Positions 10,882-22,595 of a stretch of DNA of 64,000 nt are shown one piece after another. Each line of letters starts with the position of its first letter. Position 1 is the first letter of the stretch. The notes beneath the pieces were generated by a model. The model was not told where the DNA came from. It saw nothing but the letters and a program-made list of their open reading frames with translations, and ran no database searches. Both the position numbers and the translations under genes were made by a program. The DNA comes from an uncultured Gemmatimonadaceae bacterium (GTDB lineage Bacteria > Gemmatimonadota > Gemmatimonadetes > Gemmatimonadales > Gemmatimonadaceae), in assembly GCA_963781585.1 (NCBI GenBank), contig CAWAGQ010000004.1, positions 288,001-352,000 of the forward strand, written 5' to 3'.

Positions 10882-11901
10882 ATGACATCACGCATGGACG
10901 AGCCCGCGACGCAGGCCCCGCCCCGCACACCTGACGAAGACGAGCGGGACCTCGGCTTTGGCGCGGTCGTGTCGCGCGCGAGCCGCATGCGCCTGCTGAA
11001 CCGCGATGGGACGTTCAACGTCCAGCGCCGCGGGCTCTCGTGGTTCGGCTCGCTCAGTGCCTTCCACTGGCTCCTCGCGATGTCGTGGAGCCGGTTCTTC
11101 GTTGTGGTGGCGACATTCTATCTCGCGTCGAACGCGGCATTCGCCGGGTTGTACGCCGCCTGCGGACCTCTCGCGATCGTCGCCCCTGTCGGCGAAGGGC
11201 CCATGAGCCTGTACGCCCGAGCCTTCTTCTTCAGTGTTCAGACTCTGGCGACCATCGGATACGGTCACATTCATCCCGTGGGCATGACGGCGAATGTACT
11301 GGTGACCATCGAGAGCCTTTTCGGGCTGATGGGGTTCGCCCTCGTCACCGGAATTCTGTTTGCGCGCTTCTCGCGGCCCACGGCACGGATTCTGTTCTCG
11401 GAACGAGCGGTCGTCGCTCCACACGCGGGAGGGGCCGCGCTGATGTTCCGGATCGTGAATGGGCGACGCACGGAGCTGATCGAAGTGGACGTCCGTGTCG
11501 TCATGTCGCGATTCGAGACGTTCAACGGAAACAGGCGCCGCCAGTATCATCGGATCCATCTGGAGCGGAACGACGTGGTGTTCTTCCCGCTGGGTCTCAC
11601 CCTGGTCCATCCCATCGACGAGAAGAGTCCCTTGTTTGGTGTTTCGCCGAGCGAACTCGATGACAGCGAAGCGGAGTTTCTCGTTCTGATCCGCGCTATC
11701 GACGAGGGCATGTCGCAGACCGTGCACGCCCGGACCTCGTATCGTGCTCACGAGATCACGTGGGGAGCGAAGTTCGTCAGTCTGTTCGACCAGCCCGACG
11801 ATGGCCGCCTGGTGGCCATCGATGTCGAGAAGCTCCACTTGGTGGAGAGCGCTCCCATCCCGTCTTTCGCGGCGCCGCCGTCGACGCCGCCGGCGACCTG
11901 A
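10882..11901 (+). CDS. Inward-rectifier potassium channel (KirBac type)
   Basis: FFFSVQTLATIGYG selectivity filter, FARFSRP, LMFRIVN, HPIDEKSPL. The start could also be ATG 10894. Confidence 0.92.
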   Translation: MTSRMDEPATQAPPRTPDEDERDLGFGAVVSRASRMRLLNRDGTFNVQRRGLSWFGSLSAFHWLLAMSWSRFFVVVATFYLASNAAFAGLYAACGPLAIVAPVGEGPMSLYARAFFFSVQTLATIGYGHIHPVGMTANVLVTIESLFGLMGFALVTGILFARFSRPTARILFSERAVVAPHAGGAALMFRIVNGRRTELIEVDVRVVMSRFETFNGNRRRQYHRIHLERNDVVFFPLGLTLVHPIDEKSPLFGVSPSELDDSEAEFLVLIRAIDEGMSQTVHARTSYRAHEITWGAKFVSLFDQPDDGRLVAIDVEKLHLVESAPIPSFAAPPSTPPAT

Positions 11902-12081
11902 CGCGCCGCGGCGAGTCGACCTCGGGTGGACAACGGCCTGATTAACGAATGGCGGACGGCCAGGTGCCAAGTACGGGTTCGGTCCCCGAATGTGCGTGGC
12001 GGATCGACCGTCGGGCGCCAACCCGCTCACTAGATTTGCCGGGACGAAGCCGTTCTGTCTCACCCTCCCATCAAGCCAGGA

Positions 12082-12606
12082 ATGACCGACCCGCGCTACC
12101 CGATCGGCCAGTTCGTACCTCCTGAGGCCTTCACCAGGGAATGGCGTCAGGGTGCGATCGAGACGATCGCGCAAACGCCCGCCCGACTTCGCGGTGCCAT
12201 CGCCGGACTGAATGCGGTTCAACTCGGCACACCCTATCGCGACGGAGGTTGGACGGTGCGGCAGGTGGTTCACCATGTGCCGGATAGTCACGTGAACGCA
12301 TACGTCCGTCTCAAGCTGGCGCTTACCGAGGACACGCCCACGATCAGGCCCTATGCGGAGTCGCTGTGGGCCGGACTTGCGGATTCCGCAACCGTTCCAG
12401 TGGAGACCTCCCTCACGCTCCTCGACGCGCTGCACACACGATGGGTGGCGTTGTTGCGCGAGATGACAGTGGCGGATTTCGAGCGACAGTACCAGCATCC
12501 GGAAACGGGTCGTCACTCGCTCAACTACCTGCTGGCGCTGTACGCGTGGCACGGTCCGCACCATACGGCGCACATCACGCAGCTGCGAAGGACGCGGGGA
12601 TGGTGA
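12082..12606 (+). CDS. YfiT/BstA family thiol S-transferase (DinB superfamily)
   Basis: RYPIG, TPYRDGGWTVRQVVHHVPDSH, YAWHGPHHTAHI. Confidence 0.92.
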   Translation: MTDPRYPIGQFVPPEAFTREWRQGAIETIAQTPARLRGAIAGLNAVQLGTPYRDGGWTVRQVVHHVPDSHVNAYVRLKLALTEDTPTIRPYAESLWAGLADSATVPVETSLTLLDALHTRWVALLREMTVADFERQYQHPETGRHSLNYLLALYAWHGPHHTAHITQLRRTRGW

Positions 12607-12951
12607 GTTCAGCGGACACGTCCTTGACGGCTCGTCGGTCAGAGTGGGCCCGCATCCTGTGCTCCGACATCTGGTGCGTGGATGCGAGGCGGCGAGCGAC
12701 CTCCAGCGCATCCCGGGGAACGAGAGTTGGTTCGCATTACCTCGTCCGGACCGATCCAGACCACGCCGGCGCGGAGGCGACGTCATCTGCTCGGGACAGG
12801 GCAGTGTCCGGCAAAGTGGACGAAAAGAGGATGTTGGGGCAAAGATGCCTATGATGGCGGGTGGCCCGGGGCATGCACTTCGCACAGATTGGTAACGGGG
12901 CAATTGGCCGCCCTCTCTCCGACGCAGTTCATCATGAGGTCAGGAGGAAGC

Positions 12952-13596
12952 ATGCGGGTAACAGCCTGGCGTGCAACCGCTCCACTGTTGATCGCTGCCG
13001 TGATCTCCTGCGGTCGCGATGGGACGAGCGCGAAGGCAAAGCCGGGAGACGACCTCCGTCGCGATCTCGCGGCCGCGTCGGCGGCCAGTGTACAGCTGGC
13101 GACCGACGCGCAGAGCTACCAGGCCACGCGGGTCGTCTCCGATCTCGAGCAGTCGGAGAGAGCCGTTCCGGTGACGCGCGCACCTGTTCCGCGGCCGGTG
13201 GTGCAGAGACACACGGATGTCGCCCCCCAAGAGGAAAAGGCGCCCGATCCGAGTCCCCAGGTCGCGGTCGACGCCCCGACGGCGCCCGAGCCGCAGCAGC
13301 CTCAAGTGGCCACCAACGACGCGCCTACAGTTCCGACGGTAGCACCTCGTCCGTCTCCCGTGCCGGTGGAGTATCCCGCATCTTCTGGCCGACAAGGCGA
13401 AGGCGGGGGTGCTGACGGGAGAACGGGCCCAGGTTCAGGTATCGGAGGGATCATCGGCGTGATCATTCGCGGTGGGGGAATCGGGGGCGACGATCATTGC
13501 GTGCCGAATACGCGCGGTCGTCCTGGGTGGCCCGCGCTCCCGCACCCGAATCCGATTCCGAGGCGAGGAGGACGGATAATCCGCCCGCGCCGGTAA
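12952..13596 (+). CDS. Hypothetical Pro/Gly-rich lipoprotein
   Basis: AGGAGG RBS. Lipobox-like VISC, DDLRRDL helix, Pro-rich linker, C-terminal GVIIRGGG..DDHC. Confidence 0.7.
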   Translation: MRVTAWRATAPLLIAAVISCGRDGTSAKAKPGDDLRRDLAAASAASVQLATDAQSYQATRVVSDLEQSERAVPVTRAPVPRPVVQRHTDVAPQEEKAPDPSPQVAVDAPTAPEPQQPQVATNDAPTVPTVAPRPSPVPVEYPASSGRQGEGGGADGRTGPGSGIGGIIGVIIRGGGIGGDDHCVPNTRGRPGWPALPHPNPIPRRGGRIIRPRR

Positions 13597-13631
13597 GCTC
13601 AAACGATCGAGGCGCATCGGCAGCGCGCACG

Positions 13632-13660
13632 AAGGGCCGGTTCTTGACGAACCGGCCCTT
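13632..13660. terminator. Perfect 12-bp hairpin between convergent genes, probable bidirectional terminator
   Basis: AAGGGCCGGTTC-ttgac-GAACCGGCCCTT, followed by GGTTTGT on the + strand. Confidence 0.75.
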
Positions 13661-13686
13661 GGTTTGTCCGCCCTGGTCGTTCCACG

Positions 13687-14088
13687 TCAGATGGGAGGGC
13701 GGGATCCGATTATCTGAATCCTGGTCGGAAACGTGACGGAGGGCGGAATCGTCAACTCGACCTCGTCTCCCGGTGAGACCACGATCTTGTCGGAAATCGG
13801 TTCCACGCGCGAGCCGATCGGATCGGCGAGGAACTGGAGCGATGTCGCACCAAACACGTACTGCGCCGGGATGACCAACCTGGTCCTGGTCTCGCTCCTC
13901 GCGGTGCCCAGTCGAATGCGCTGGCCGCCGTATAACAGGTAGATGTTGTGCTCGAGCCAGTTCTGGTTGTTCACCACCAGAGTAGTTACCTCCTGACCCT
14001 CGGGGTTCCGGTACCTGTTCGACGCGCAGGCGGCGAGGGAAGCGCCCAGTGCGGCCAGTCCAAGTACCCGGCCTGTAAGTCTGCGCAT
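13687..14088 (-). CDS. Hypothetical small lipoprotein
   Basis: AGGAG RBS, lipobox LAAC, beta-rich mature domain (LVVNNQNW...RIRLG). Confidence 0.8.
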   Translation of the reverse strand: MRRLTGRVLGLAALGASLAACASNRYRNPEGQEVTTLVVNNQNWLEHNIYLLYGGQRIRLGTARSETRTRLVIPAQYVFGATSLQFLADPIGSRVEPISDKIVVSPGDEVELTIPPSVTFPTRIQIIGSRPPI

Positions 14089-14348
14089 GAATTCTCCTGA
14101 AGAGGGAATCGTCTCTCCCCCGAGTGACTACCGAAATCCCCGGGCCTTGTTCCTGCCACGCAGCCAACCCAAGGCGCGCAGTCACATTGTGTAGCGTACG
14201 CAAGCGCTGAGCAATTGAACAGCCCTGCCTGCGTCCGCAGCCGCAATTCTGCGCCGGAACGCCTCGGCTGGCATTCGCCTCGCGCACCTCGCATCTTGCG
14301 CCACCCTGGTCGAGAGTAACAGGCGATACCCGAGCCCTGGAGACAGTC

Positions 14349-14783
14349 GTGCTGACGAAGGAACATCCGGATCATCATGATGCGGAGCTCGTGCTGCGGC
14401 TCTACGATTTGCGGCGCGAGCCAACCATGCGGGAGTCGCGCTCCGCGGTGCACACGAAGTACTGGCCGAAGAATGCTGACGAGGCTGTGGCGGTTCTCGA
14501 GTCCGGCCATCCCATCAATGCCGCCTTTCGCCAGGTCGTCACGTACTGGGAGATGGTCTACGGCATGGCCAAGTGGGGAATCATTCATCCGGATTTCATG
14601 ATCGAGAGTTCGAGTGAGGGACTCCTGGTCTTCGCCAAGGCCGAGCCACATCTCGACCGCATTCGCCAGTCGCACCCGACGTATTTCACCAACACCGAGT
14701 GGGTGGTCGAGCACAGCGCCGTTGCCCTCAAGGCCCTGGAACGCTACAGGGTTCGTGTGAAGCGTGCGCTGGAGTCGAAGTGA
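14349..14783 (+). CDS. Hypothetical helical protein (DUF4760-like)
   Basis: GGAG RBS before GTG. DAELVLRLYDLRREPTMRESR and RQVVTYWEM resemble a conserved family. Normal codon usage. Confidence 0.65.
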   Translation: MLTKEHPDHHDAELVLRLYDLRREPTMRESRSAVHTKYWPKNADEAVAVLESGHPINAAFRQVVTYWEMVYGMAKWGIIHPDFMIESSSEGLLVFAKAEPHLDRIRQSHPTYFTNTEWVVEHSAVALKALERYRVRVKRALESK

Positions 14784-14862
14784 GCAGGACAGCGCCGTGG
14801 CAGCAGTCGGCTCAGGAGCCGGATGCAACACGTTCCCGCCGGCGTGGCGTGTGAGGGTGGCG

Positions 14863-15765
14863 GTGTCAGCGCAGACAGCTTCCCGCGTCAGGAGTTTGCG
14901 CGCGGTTCTGGCGGGCACGATTGACTATGCGGGACTGTTCCCACCGGGGTCGTTGCCGATGGAGCAGGCGGTGCGCGAGTATGTGCGCTCGGCAGCCGGT
15001 GATGACGCGTGGGCACTGGGGCGCTTCGTTGTGCCGGCGCATCGGCTCGACGAGTTGCAACGCCACATCGCGGCTGGCGCTCCACGAATACCTCTGAGCG
15101 TTCTGGTCGGCCCGGACGTCGCGGACGACGTCGCACGCGTGGTGGTACATCGCGAACGGTTCGGTGCGCGCGCCCCCGTCGACTGTATGGAAGCGCGCGC
15201 CGCTACCGTCGACGAGGTGCACGGTCTCGGCGGACTACTGCCGTCCGACACGGATCGATTCATCGAGGTATCACCGGTCCAGGAGATCGATGCGCTGCTG
15301 GCCGCCGTGCGCGGAATCAGTGCCGGGGCGAAAATCAGAATGGGTGGTATCGTCGACGGCGCGTTCCCGGCCCCGGGCGAGGTCCTGCGATTTCTGCGCG
15401 GCTGCCGGTCGCACGGCCTTCGGTTCAAGGCGACGGCGGGGCTGCATCATCCAGTGCGGGGAGAATTCCGCCTTACCTATGCGGCAGACAGCCCGTACGG
15501 GACCATGTTCGGATATCTCAACCTGATTCTCGCCGGAGCATTCCTCTGGTCCGGTGCATCGGACACGATCGTACTTGGCGTGCTGACGGAGCGATCTGCG
15601 AGCGCATTCAGTTTCTCGGATGCGCGCGTGTCGTGGCGGAAGGTCGACCTGTCGGTGGAGGCGATCGAGTCGGCGCGCCACGAATTCGTGGCCAGCATAG
15701 GCTCCTGCTCGTTCCGGGAGCCACTGGAGGAAGGGAAAGGACTCCTGTCGGCGCAGCGGGAATGA
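14863..15765 (+). CDS. Conserved hypothetical protein coupled to fumarylacetoacetase
   Basis: Motifs IDYAGLFPP, AKIRMGG, FKATAGLHHP, FGYLN, GSCSF.EP. Stop overlaps the fahA ATG. Start is approximate. Confidence 0.8.
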   Translation: MSAQTASRVRSLRAVLAGTIDYAGLFPPGSLPMEQAVREYVRSAAGDDAWALGRFVVPAHRLDELQRHIAAGAPRIPLSVLVGPDVADDVARVVVHRERFGARAPVDCMEARAATVDEVHGLGGLLPSDTDRFIEVSPVQEIDALLAAVRGISAGAKIRMGGIVDGAFPAPGEVLRFLRGCRSHGLRFKATAGLHHPVRGEFRLTYAADSPYGTMFGYLNLILAGAFLWSGASDTIVLGVLTERSASAFSFSDARVSWRKVDLSVEAIESARHEFVASIGSCSFREPLEEGKGLLSAQRE

Positions 15766-17078
15766 ACGACACGCATCGTCCTGACCTGGCATCGTGGGTC
15801 GACGCCGCGCATGACGACGGCACCGACTTTCCACTCCAGAACCTGCCGCTCGGCGTGTTCAGACCTCGCGGTGCGGGGGAACCCTGGCGCGTCGGGACGG
15901 CTATCGGAGATGCGGTCTTCGACGTTGCCGCGGCCGCGCGCAATGGCCTGCTGGTTGGCGACGCCGCTCGTGCCGGTGCGCGGTGCGCTGCCGACTCCCT
16001 GAATGGCGTGATGGCGCTGGGCCCGGCTGCCTGGCGCGCCCTGCGCTCGCAATTGAGTCTATTGCTTCGTGGTGACACACCCGAGGGGGCGCGCGCCAGG
16101 CGGTTGAAGGGCGCCCTCCTGCACGCCCGCGCGGACATCGAGCTGTCGCTACCCGCCGCCGCAGGGGACTACACCGACTTCTACGCCTCCGTGCACCATG
16201 CCACGAACGTGGGGCGCATGCTGCGACCGGACAATCCGCTTCTGCCGAACTACAAGTGGGTGCCGATCGGATATCACGGCCGATCCTCGTCGCTCGTCCT
16301 GAGCGGGACATCGGTGCGCCGACCATGGGGACAGATCAATCCTGACGGCAACGACCCCGTGTTTGCGCCGAGCGCCCGACTCGACTACGAAGCGGAGATC
16401 GGATTCTTCGTTGGCGATGGCAACACGCTCGGCCACCCGATTCCGGTGGAGCGTGCCGACGAGCACATCTTCGGGGCGTGCATCGTGAACGACTGGTCAG
16501 CCCGCGACATTCAGGCGTGGGAATACCAGCCTTTGGGGCCGTTCCTCGCGAAGAGCTTCGCGACCTCCATTTCACCCTGGGTGGTCACGACCGAAGCACT
16601 CGAGCCCTTTCGCGTTGGTGTGGCGGCGCGCGAGCCGGGAGATCCGCAACCGCTCCCCTATCTTTCGTGGCCAGATCTCACCGTCCGGGGAGCGATCGCG
16701 GTCCAGATCGAGGTGTTCCTCAGCACGGCGCGCATGCGCGAACTGCAACTCGCCCCAGTGCGCCTTTCCAGCGGCAATCTGGCCGACATGTACTGGACTC
16801 CCGGCCAGCTCGTAGCGCACCATACCAGTAACGGATGCAATCTGCGGGCGGGCGACCTGATCGCGAGCGGAACCGTGTCGGGGCCAGATCGAGACTCGCG
16901 CGGTTGCCTGCTCGAACTGACCTGGCGCGGCACTGAACCGCTGCGGCTTCCGTCGGGTGAGGAGCGCAGGTTTCTCGAGGACGGCGATGAAGTGGTCATG
17001 CGCGCCTGGTGCGAACGCGAGGGGGCCGTGCGGATTGGCTTTGGGGACTGCACGGGTTCGATCTTGCCGGCCGCGTGA
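15762..17078 (+). CDS. fahA: Fumarylacetoacetase
   Basis: FPLQNLPLGVF, GDYTDFYASVHHATNVG, PIGYHGRSSS, LDYEAE, NDWSARDIQAWEYQPLGPF, SGTVSG. Confidence 0.95.
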   Translation: MNDTHRPDLASWVDAAHDDGTDFPLQNLPLGVFRPRGAGEPWRVGTAIGDAVFDVAAAARNGLLVGDAARAGARCAADSLNGVMALGPAAWRALRSQLSLLLRGDTPEGARARRLKGALLHARADIELSLPAAAGDYTDFYASVHHATNVGRMLRPDNPLLPNYKWVPIGYHGRSSSLVLSGTSVRRPWGQINPDGNDPVFAPSARLDYEAEIGFFVGDGNTLGHPIPVERADEHIFGACIVNDWSARDIQAWEYQPLGPFLAKSFATSISPWVVTTEALEPFRVGVAAREPGDPQPLPYLSWPDLTVRGAIAVQIEVFLSTARMRELQLAPVRLSSGNLADMYWTPGQLVAHHTSNGCNLRAGDLIASGTVSGPDRDSRGCLLELTWRGTEPLRLPSGEERRFLEDGDEVVMRAWCEREGAVRIGFGDCTGSILPAA

Positions 17079-17165
17079 GGGCTCCGCAGCGGGCTCAAGG
17101 GGCGGGCGCTTCAGCGACGCAGTGGTGTCGCGGCATAGAATCTCATTCTGAGGAGGGAATCGGGC

Positions 17166-17540
17166 ATGCAACTCGTGGAGACGGGCAGGGCGCCGGCGCC
17201 CGGTGGCCACTACTCGCAGGCCGTCGTTCACAACGGATTCGTGTTCGTCGCCGGGCAGCTTCCCATTGAGCCCGGTGCTCAGGCACCTCGTCCGGGCTCG
17301 ATCAGGGAGCAGACGGTGCAGGCGCTGCGAAACGTGCAGGCGATCCTCGAGGCGGCAGGGAGCGGCCTCGATCGCGTCGTGCAGATGACGATCTACGTGT
17401 CGGACATGTCGCTCTGGAGCGAGGTGAACGCGGCCTACGCGGACATCATGGGAGCGCATCGTCCGGCACGCGCGGTCGTGCCGGTCAAGGACCTTCACTA
17501 CGGCTACCAGCTCGAGGTGCAGGTGATCGCGGCGGTTTAG
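17166..17540 (+). CDS. RidA/YjgF family enamine-imine deaminase
   Basis: APAPGGHYSQAV, VAGQLP, PARAVV, LEVQVIA. GAGGAGG RBS. Confidence 0.92.
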   Translation: MQLVETGRAPAPGGHYSQAVVHNGFVFVAGQLPIEPGAQAPRPGSIREQTVQALRNVQAILEAAGSGLDRVVQMTIYVSDMSLWSEVNAAYADIMGAHRPARAVVPVKDLHYGYQLEVQVIAAV

Positions 17541-17571
17541 CCCAGAGACCGACAGACCGGTCGAGGCCGCG

Positions 17572-18810
<1,239 letters not shown>

Positions 18811-18963
18811 GAGATGAGGGGCGGAGGATAGGGAACGAAGAACGGGACGCGGGCGTCCCACTCGGATGGGGCGAACGTTGGAATCAAGGGTGGTGAACGG
18901 CCATCAGGGAATACGCGACAGCCGAAATCGACAAGCCGGGGCCGCGGGTCCGCTGATGTCCTG

Positions 18964-20136
18964 TCAGCTCTCGACCTCGAACACACCCGCGGCGCCCATT
19001 CCGCCGCCCACGCACATGGTAACCAGCCCGAAACCGCCGCCGCGGCGACCGAGCTCGTGGACCAGCTGAGTCGCGAGCTTGGTGCCCGTGGCGCCTAACG
19101 GGTGCCCGAGAGCGATGGCCCCTCCGTTTACGTTCAGAATCTCGTCGCGGAACCCGAGCTCCCGCTGCACGGCGAGGGCCTGCGCGGCAAACGCCTCATT
19201 GAACTCGATCAGGCGGATCTCGTCCAGTGCGCGGCCGGCGCGCGCCAGGGCCTTCGGTACAGCGCGAATCGGGCCGACGCCCATGATGTCGGGCGCCACC
19301 CCGGCCACCGCGTAGCCGGCGAAGCGGGCCAGTACCGGCGCGCTCAGGGCCCGCGCGCGCTCGGCGCTCATCATCACCACCGCGGCGGATCCGTCGGAGT
19401 AGGGGCTCGAATTTCCGGCCGTGACCGTGCCATCGACCTTGAACGCCGGCGGCAGCTTCGCCAGCCGCTCCAGACTGGTGTCGCTGCGCACGTTTTCGTC
19501 GCGCACAAAGAACCCCTGCTCGACCTCCTGGCGCGGTCCCTGCCACCGTACCCGTTCCACCGGCACGGGCACGATCTGGTCCGCGAATGCATCACCAGCC
19601 AGCGCGCGCGCGGCCTTCTCATGGCTCGCCAGCGCGTAGGCATCCTGATCGGCGCGGCTTACCTTCCACCGCGCGGCGACACGCTCGGCGGTGAACCCCA
19701 TGGCGATCATGTCTTCCGTCATGTCGGCGTGCAACCGCGGGTGAAAGCCCGACATGGGCACCTGACTCATCATCTCCACGCCGCCGGTGAGCACGACATC
19801 GGCCATCCCCGTCATGATGGCCTGCGCGCCCATGGCGATTGTCTGCAAGCCTGACGAGCAGAAGCGATTGACGGTGCAGGCGGGGACTTCAACGGGCAGC
19901 CGGGCGCGCAGCACGGCCAGACGCGCGACGTTCAGACCCTGGGACGCCTCCGGCATGGCGCAGCCCCACAGTACGTCATCGATCTCCCGCGGGTCCACAT
20001 TCGCACGCTTGATGGCCTCCTGCATCACGAGTGCAGAGAGGTCGATGGGATGCACCGCGGCAAGGGCGCCGTCCTTCTTCCCACGCCCAACCGCCGTGCG
20101 AACGGCGCTGACGATCACCGCGTCCCGCATGGTCAC
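18964..20136 (-). CDS. fadA: Acetyl-CoA C-acyltransferase (thiolase)
   Basis: [33 protein letters not shown]. The start may be ATG 20130. Confidence 0.93.
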   Translation of the reverse strand: MTMRDAVIVSAVRTAVGRGKKDGALAAVHPIDLSALVMQEAIKRANVDPREIDDVLWGCAMPEASQGLNVARLAVLRARLPVEVPACTVNRFCSSGLQTIAMGAQAIMTGMADVVLTGGVEMMSQVPMSGFHPRLHADMTEDMIAMGFTAERVAARWKVSRADQDAYALASHEKAARALAGDAFADQIVPVPVERVRWQGPRQEVEQGFFVRDENVRSDTSLERLAKLPPAFKVDGTVTAGNSSPYSDGSAAVVMMSAERARALSAPVLARFAGYAVAGVAPDIMGVGPIRAVPKALARAGRALDEIRLIEFNEAFAAQALAVQRELGFRDEILNVNGGAIALGHPLGATGTKLATQLVHELGRRGGGFGLVTMCVGGGMGAAGVFEVES

Positions 20137-20160
20137 CTGTCTCGCGGCCTCCGTGCCACT

Positions 20161-22461
20161 CTAGTTCCGCAGCGGTTTGCCCGTGCGCAGCATGTGCGCG
20201 ATCCGGTCCTGGGTGGCCTGCGTGCCGAGCAGGGCCAGGAATGCCTCGCGCTCGAGGTCCAACATGTCCTGTTCGCTCACGTCGCGTGCCGGACCGTCGC
20301 CGGCACTCAGCACCCACGCCACCTTGTTCCCGATCAGGACGTCGTGGTCGCTGATCCGGCCGGCTTCCCGCATCGCCCACACGGCATACTTGAGGTTTCC
20401 GAACGCCTCACGGCCCAGCGCGCGCATGGTCCGTGGTCCCGGAGGCGTGTAGTCCGTGGCGAGATCGAGCACCCGGGCTTTGGCATCGCTCAAAAGGCGA
20501 TCGCGATTCATCGACACGCGATCTCCGTCGCGAAGGAACCCGAGGCGACGTGCATCCAGCGCGCTCGTGCTGGTGGTGGCCATGCTGATGAGGCGAAACG
20601 CCCGCTTCACGGCTTCGAACCGGTCGGCCTCCTCATATGGAGCCAGTTGGCGCGTGAATCGAAAGAGCAGTTCCTTGCAACCCCCGCCGGAGGGAAGAAG
20701 CCCGACGCCAGCCTCCACGAAGCCGAGATAGAGTTCCGCGTGCGCCTGCAAGCGCGCGGCGTGCAGCGCGAACTCGGCTCCGCCGCCAAGCGTGAGTCCG
20801 AACGGCGCGACCACCACGGGGAAGGGCACGCGGCGCAAGCTCATGACGGCGTTCTGGAACTCCCGGACGGCCACTTCCAGCGCACCCCAGGTTCCTTCCT
20901 GCGCGAGCGAAAGCAGCTCGCCGAGATCAGCTCCGGCAGAGAACGTCCGCGGATCCTGGTTCCCGATCACCAAGCCGGTCCTGCCGTTCTGATCGACGAT
21001 GTCGAGTGCGCGCTTCAGCATGTCCAGGGTTCCGTGCCCCAGCGTGTTCAGCTTGCCGTGGAACTCCAGCAGCACGGCACCATCGCCCACGTCCAGTACC
21101 GAGGCGTCGTCGTTCCTTGCCAGGGCGCCGAGTCTCGTCTTGACCAGGGAGAGGTCGAGCTGACCCGGGATCGGTTCGATCGGCGCGTACTCGCCGGCGA
21201 ACGAGAGCTGTCGCGGCCCGCTCCCCAGCGTGCGATAGAAGTTTTCGCGTGCGGTGGAGAGCAATGGCGGCACCGCGCCTGGCGCGAGGGCAGAGCGCAG
21301 GTAGTCCAGTCCCATGGCGTCGAAGACGCGATAGGGCCCGATCTCCCATCCGTAGCCCCATTCCATGGCGCGGTCGACGGACGCGATATCGTGGGCCAGG
21401 GCCGGCGTCTGCTCGAGCGTGTACCGGGCGACGGCGAGCAGCATGTCGCGGAGAAAGCTCCCGTGGCGCCCGTCAGCCGTCGCGAGCGCCTGCAGCCGGC
21501 GCTCGAGGGGTTGCTGTCGAAGCTGGCTGAGATCGGGCAGGTCCGGAGCCGGAACGTCCCGGTACTCCCCGGTCTTCCAGTCCAGCGTGAGGATTCGCTT
21601 TCCGTCCCTGCGGTAGAAGCCCGCCCCGCTCTTCTCGCCCAGATGCCCCTGCCTGACGAGTTGCTGCACCCATTCGGGCAGCGCGAAGTCCTCGCCAGTG
21701 GCCCGCGACAGCTCTTCGGTGACCAGCACCAGCACATCAAGCCCGGAGATATCGCCGGTTCGAAAGGTGGCGGATCGGGGCCGCCCGATGAGTGGCCCGG
21801 TGAGGGCGTCGACCTCCGCAATGCCCAACTCGTACTGCTCCATGAGGCGAATGGTGGCCACCAGGCCGAACAGTCCGAGGCGGTTCGCGATGAACCCGGG
21901 AACATCCTTCGCAATCACCACCCCCTTGCCCAGTGTGCGCTCGGCGAAGGCACGGATCTCGCTCACGGACTCGGGATTTGTTTCCTCGCCCGGGATAATC
22001 TCGAGCAGATGCAGATACCGCGCGGGATTGAAGAAGTGTGTACCCAGGAACCGGCCGCGGAACGCCGCGCCAAGTCCTCTGGCCAGTGAGGCGATGGGGA
22101 TCCCGGAGGTGTTCGACGACACGATCGCGGTGGGCTTCACCACGCCCTCGAGGCGCTCGAACAGGCGACGCTTCGGTTCGGGCTGTTCGATGATCGCTTC
22201 GATGATCCAGTCGCAGCCGGCGAGCAGGTCGAAGTCGTCCTCGATGTTGCCAATGGTGATTCGTGAGGCGCGCTGGGGATCCATGAAGGGTGACATCCGC
22301 GAGGCGATCGCGCGCTGGACGGCGTTTCGCGCGCGCGCATTCCGGTCGGGATCAGCCGGAACGTCGAGCAGCACGACCGGCAGTCCGGCGGACGCGGCCA
22401 GTGCCGCGATGCCGGTGCCCATGGCACCGGCTCCGATCACTCCCATCCTGGCTATCCGCAT
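20161..22461 (-). CDS. 3-hydroxyacyl-CoA dehydrogenase / enoyl-CoA hydratase (FadN type)
   Basis: GAGAMG, EAIIE, SNTSG, HFFNP, PGFIANR. C-terminal crotonase motifs FSAGADL and GGGAE. Ends GKPLRN. Confidence 0.93.
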   Translation of the reverse strand: MRIARMGVIGAGAMGTGIAALAASAGLPVVLLDVPADPDRNARARNAVQRAIASRMSPFMDPQRASRITIGNIEDDFDLLAGCDWIIEAIIEQPEPKRRLFERLEGVVKPTAIVSSNTSGIPIASLARGLGAAFRGRFLGTHFFNPARYLHLLEIIPGEETNPESVSEIRAFAERTLGKGVVIAKDVPGFIANRLGLFGLVATIRLMEQYELGIAEVDALTGPLIGRPRSATFRTGDISGLDVLVLVTEELSRATGEDFALPEWVQQLVRQGHLGEKSGAGFYRRDGKRILTLDWKTGEYRDVPAPDLPDLSQLRQQPLERRLQALATADGRHGSFLRDMLLAVARYTLEQTPALAHDIASVDRAMEWGYGWEIGPYRVFDAMGLDYLRSALAPGAVPPLLSTARENFYRTLGSGPRQLSFAGEYAPIEPIPGQLDLSLVKTRLGALARNDDASVLDVGDGAVLLEFHGKLNTLGHGTLDMLKRALDIVDQNGRTGLVIGNQDPRTFSAGADLGELLSLAQEGTWGALEVAVREFQNAVMSLRRVPFPVVVAPFGLTLGGGAEFALHAARLQAHAELYLGFVEAGVGLLPSGGGCKELLFRFTRQLAPYEEADRFEAVKRAFRLISMATTSTSALDARRLGFLRDGDRVSMNRDRLLSDAKARVLDLATDYTPPGPRTMRALGREAFGNLKYAVWAMREAGRISDHDVLIGNKVAWVLSAGDGPARDVSEQDMLDLEREAFLALLGTQATQDRIAHMLRTGKPLRN

Positions 22462-22595
22462 CGGCGTCCTCGTGTCGGGTGTCGCGCGTGCGGGGAAGAT
22501 CGACGGCGTTGTTCGTCGCGACAAGGGACCACGCGTCCGCAGACCCGAGAACAGAACCTCTTCCAGTCGCATACTGCACTTGCTAGCCTCCGGGC

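Noticed and set aside
14230..14290. Sigma54-like sites between the divergent genes at 14088 and 14349
   Set aside because: One has the wrong spacing (GG-N9-GC) and the other is a weak match expected by chance at this GC content.
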